From: Pseudobdellovibrionaceae bacterium
Lineage (GTDB): Bacteria; Bdellovibrionota; Bdellovibrionia; Bdellovibrionales; Bdellovibrionaceae
Direction of reading: 5' to 3'
DNA length: 26,890 bases
Assembly: GCA_039810425.1 (NCBI GenBank)
Contig: JBDHWW010000039.1
Coordinates: 1-26,890, forward strand
Shown here in pieces: positions 26,889 to 26,890 of the stretch; within the stretch, counting starts at the first letter, position 1, and each line of letters opens with the position of its first letter. The position numbers and the translations under genes are program-made. A model generated the notes under the pieces. It searched no databases, was not told the DNA's origin, and saw nothing but the letters and a program-made list of their open reading frames with translations.

Positions 26889-26890
26889 CC

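Noticed and set aside
26875..26890. Poly-G as a phase-variation tract or G-quadruplex
   Set aside because: It sits at the very end of the sequence, typical of two-colour sequencing or assembly artefacts. Cannot be assessed without reads.

Overview
Gene-dense bacterial window using standard code 11. Gene style and content suggest a predatory Bdellovibrionota organism, but this is inference and no search was run. The left two-thirds looks mostly chromosomal. It holds a CE4 polysaccharide/peptidoglycan deacetylase lipoprotein split by one in-frame TGA, several secreted hypotheticals, a degenerate PilZ membrane protein, an NlpC/P60-like lipoprotein, mscS-ttcA, a GST, a secreted C26 peptidase, a trypsin lipoprotein, tRNA-Val(GAC) and a dnaE operon with two envelope proteins. 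The right third (about 18.5-26.8 kb) looks accessory. It has a beta-propeller repeat protein and a coupled pair of a minimal QueC-like PP-loop ATPase and a FeeM-type N-acyl amino acid synthase fused to an intact PilZ domain. That pair converges stop-to-stop on a LolA-like/LolD/LolCE/outer-membrane-barrel export operon, which is preceded by a secreted phospholipase D. This cluster is the best candidate for an undescribed system: c-di-GMP-gated synthesis and export of an acyl-amino-acid lipid. The window ends in a poly-G run that is probably an artefact.
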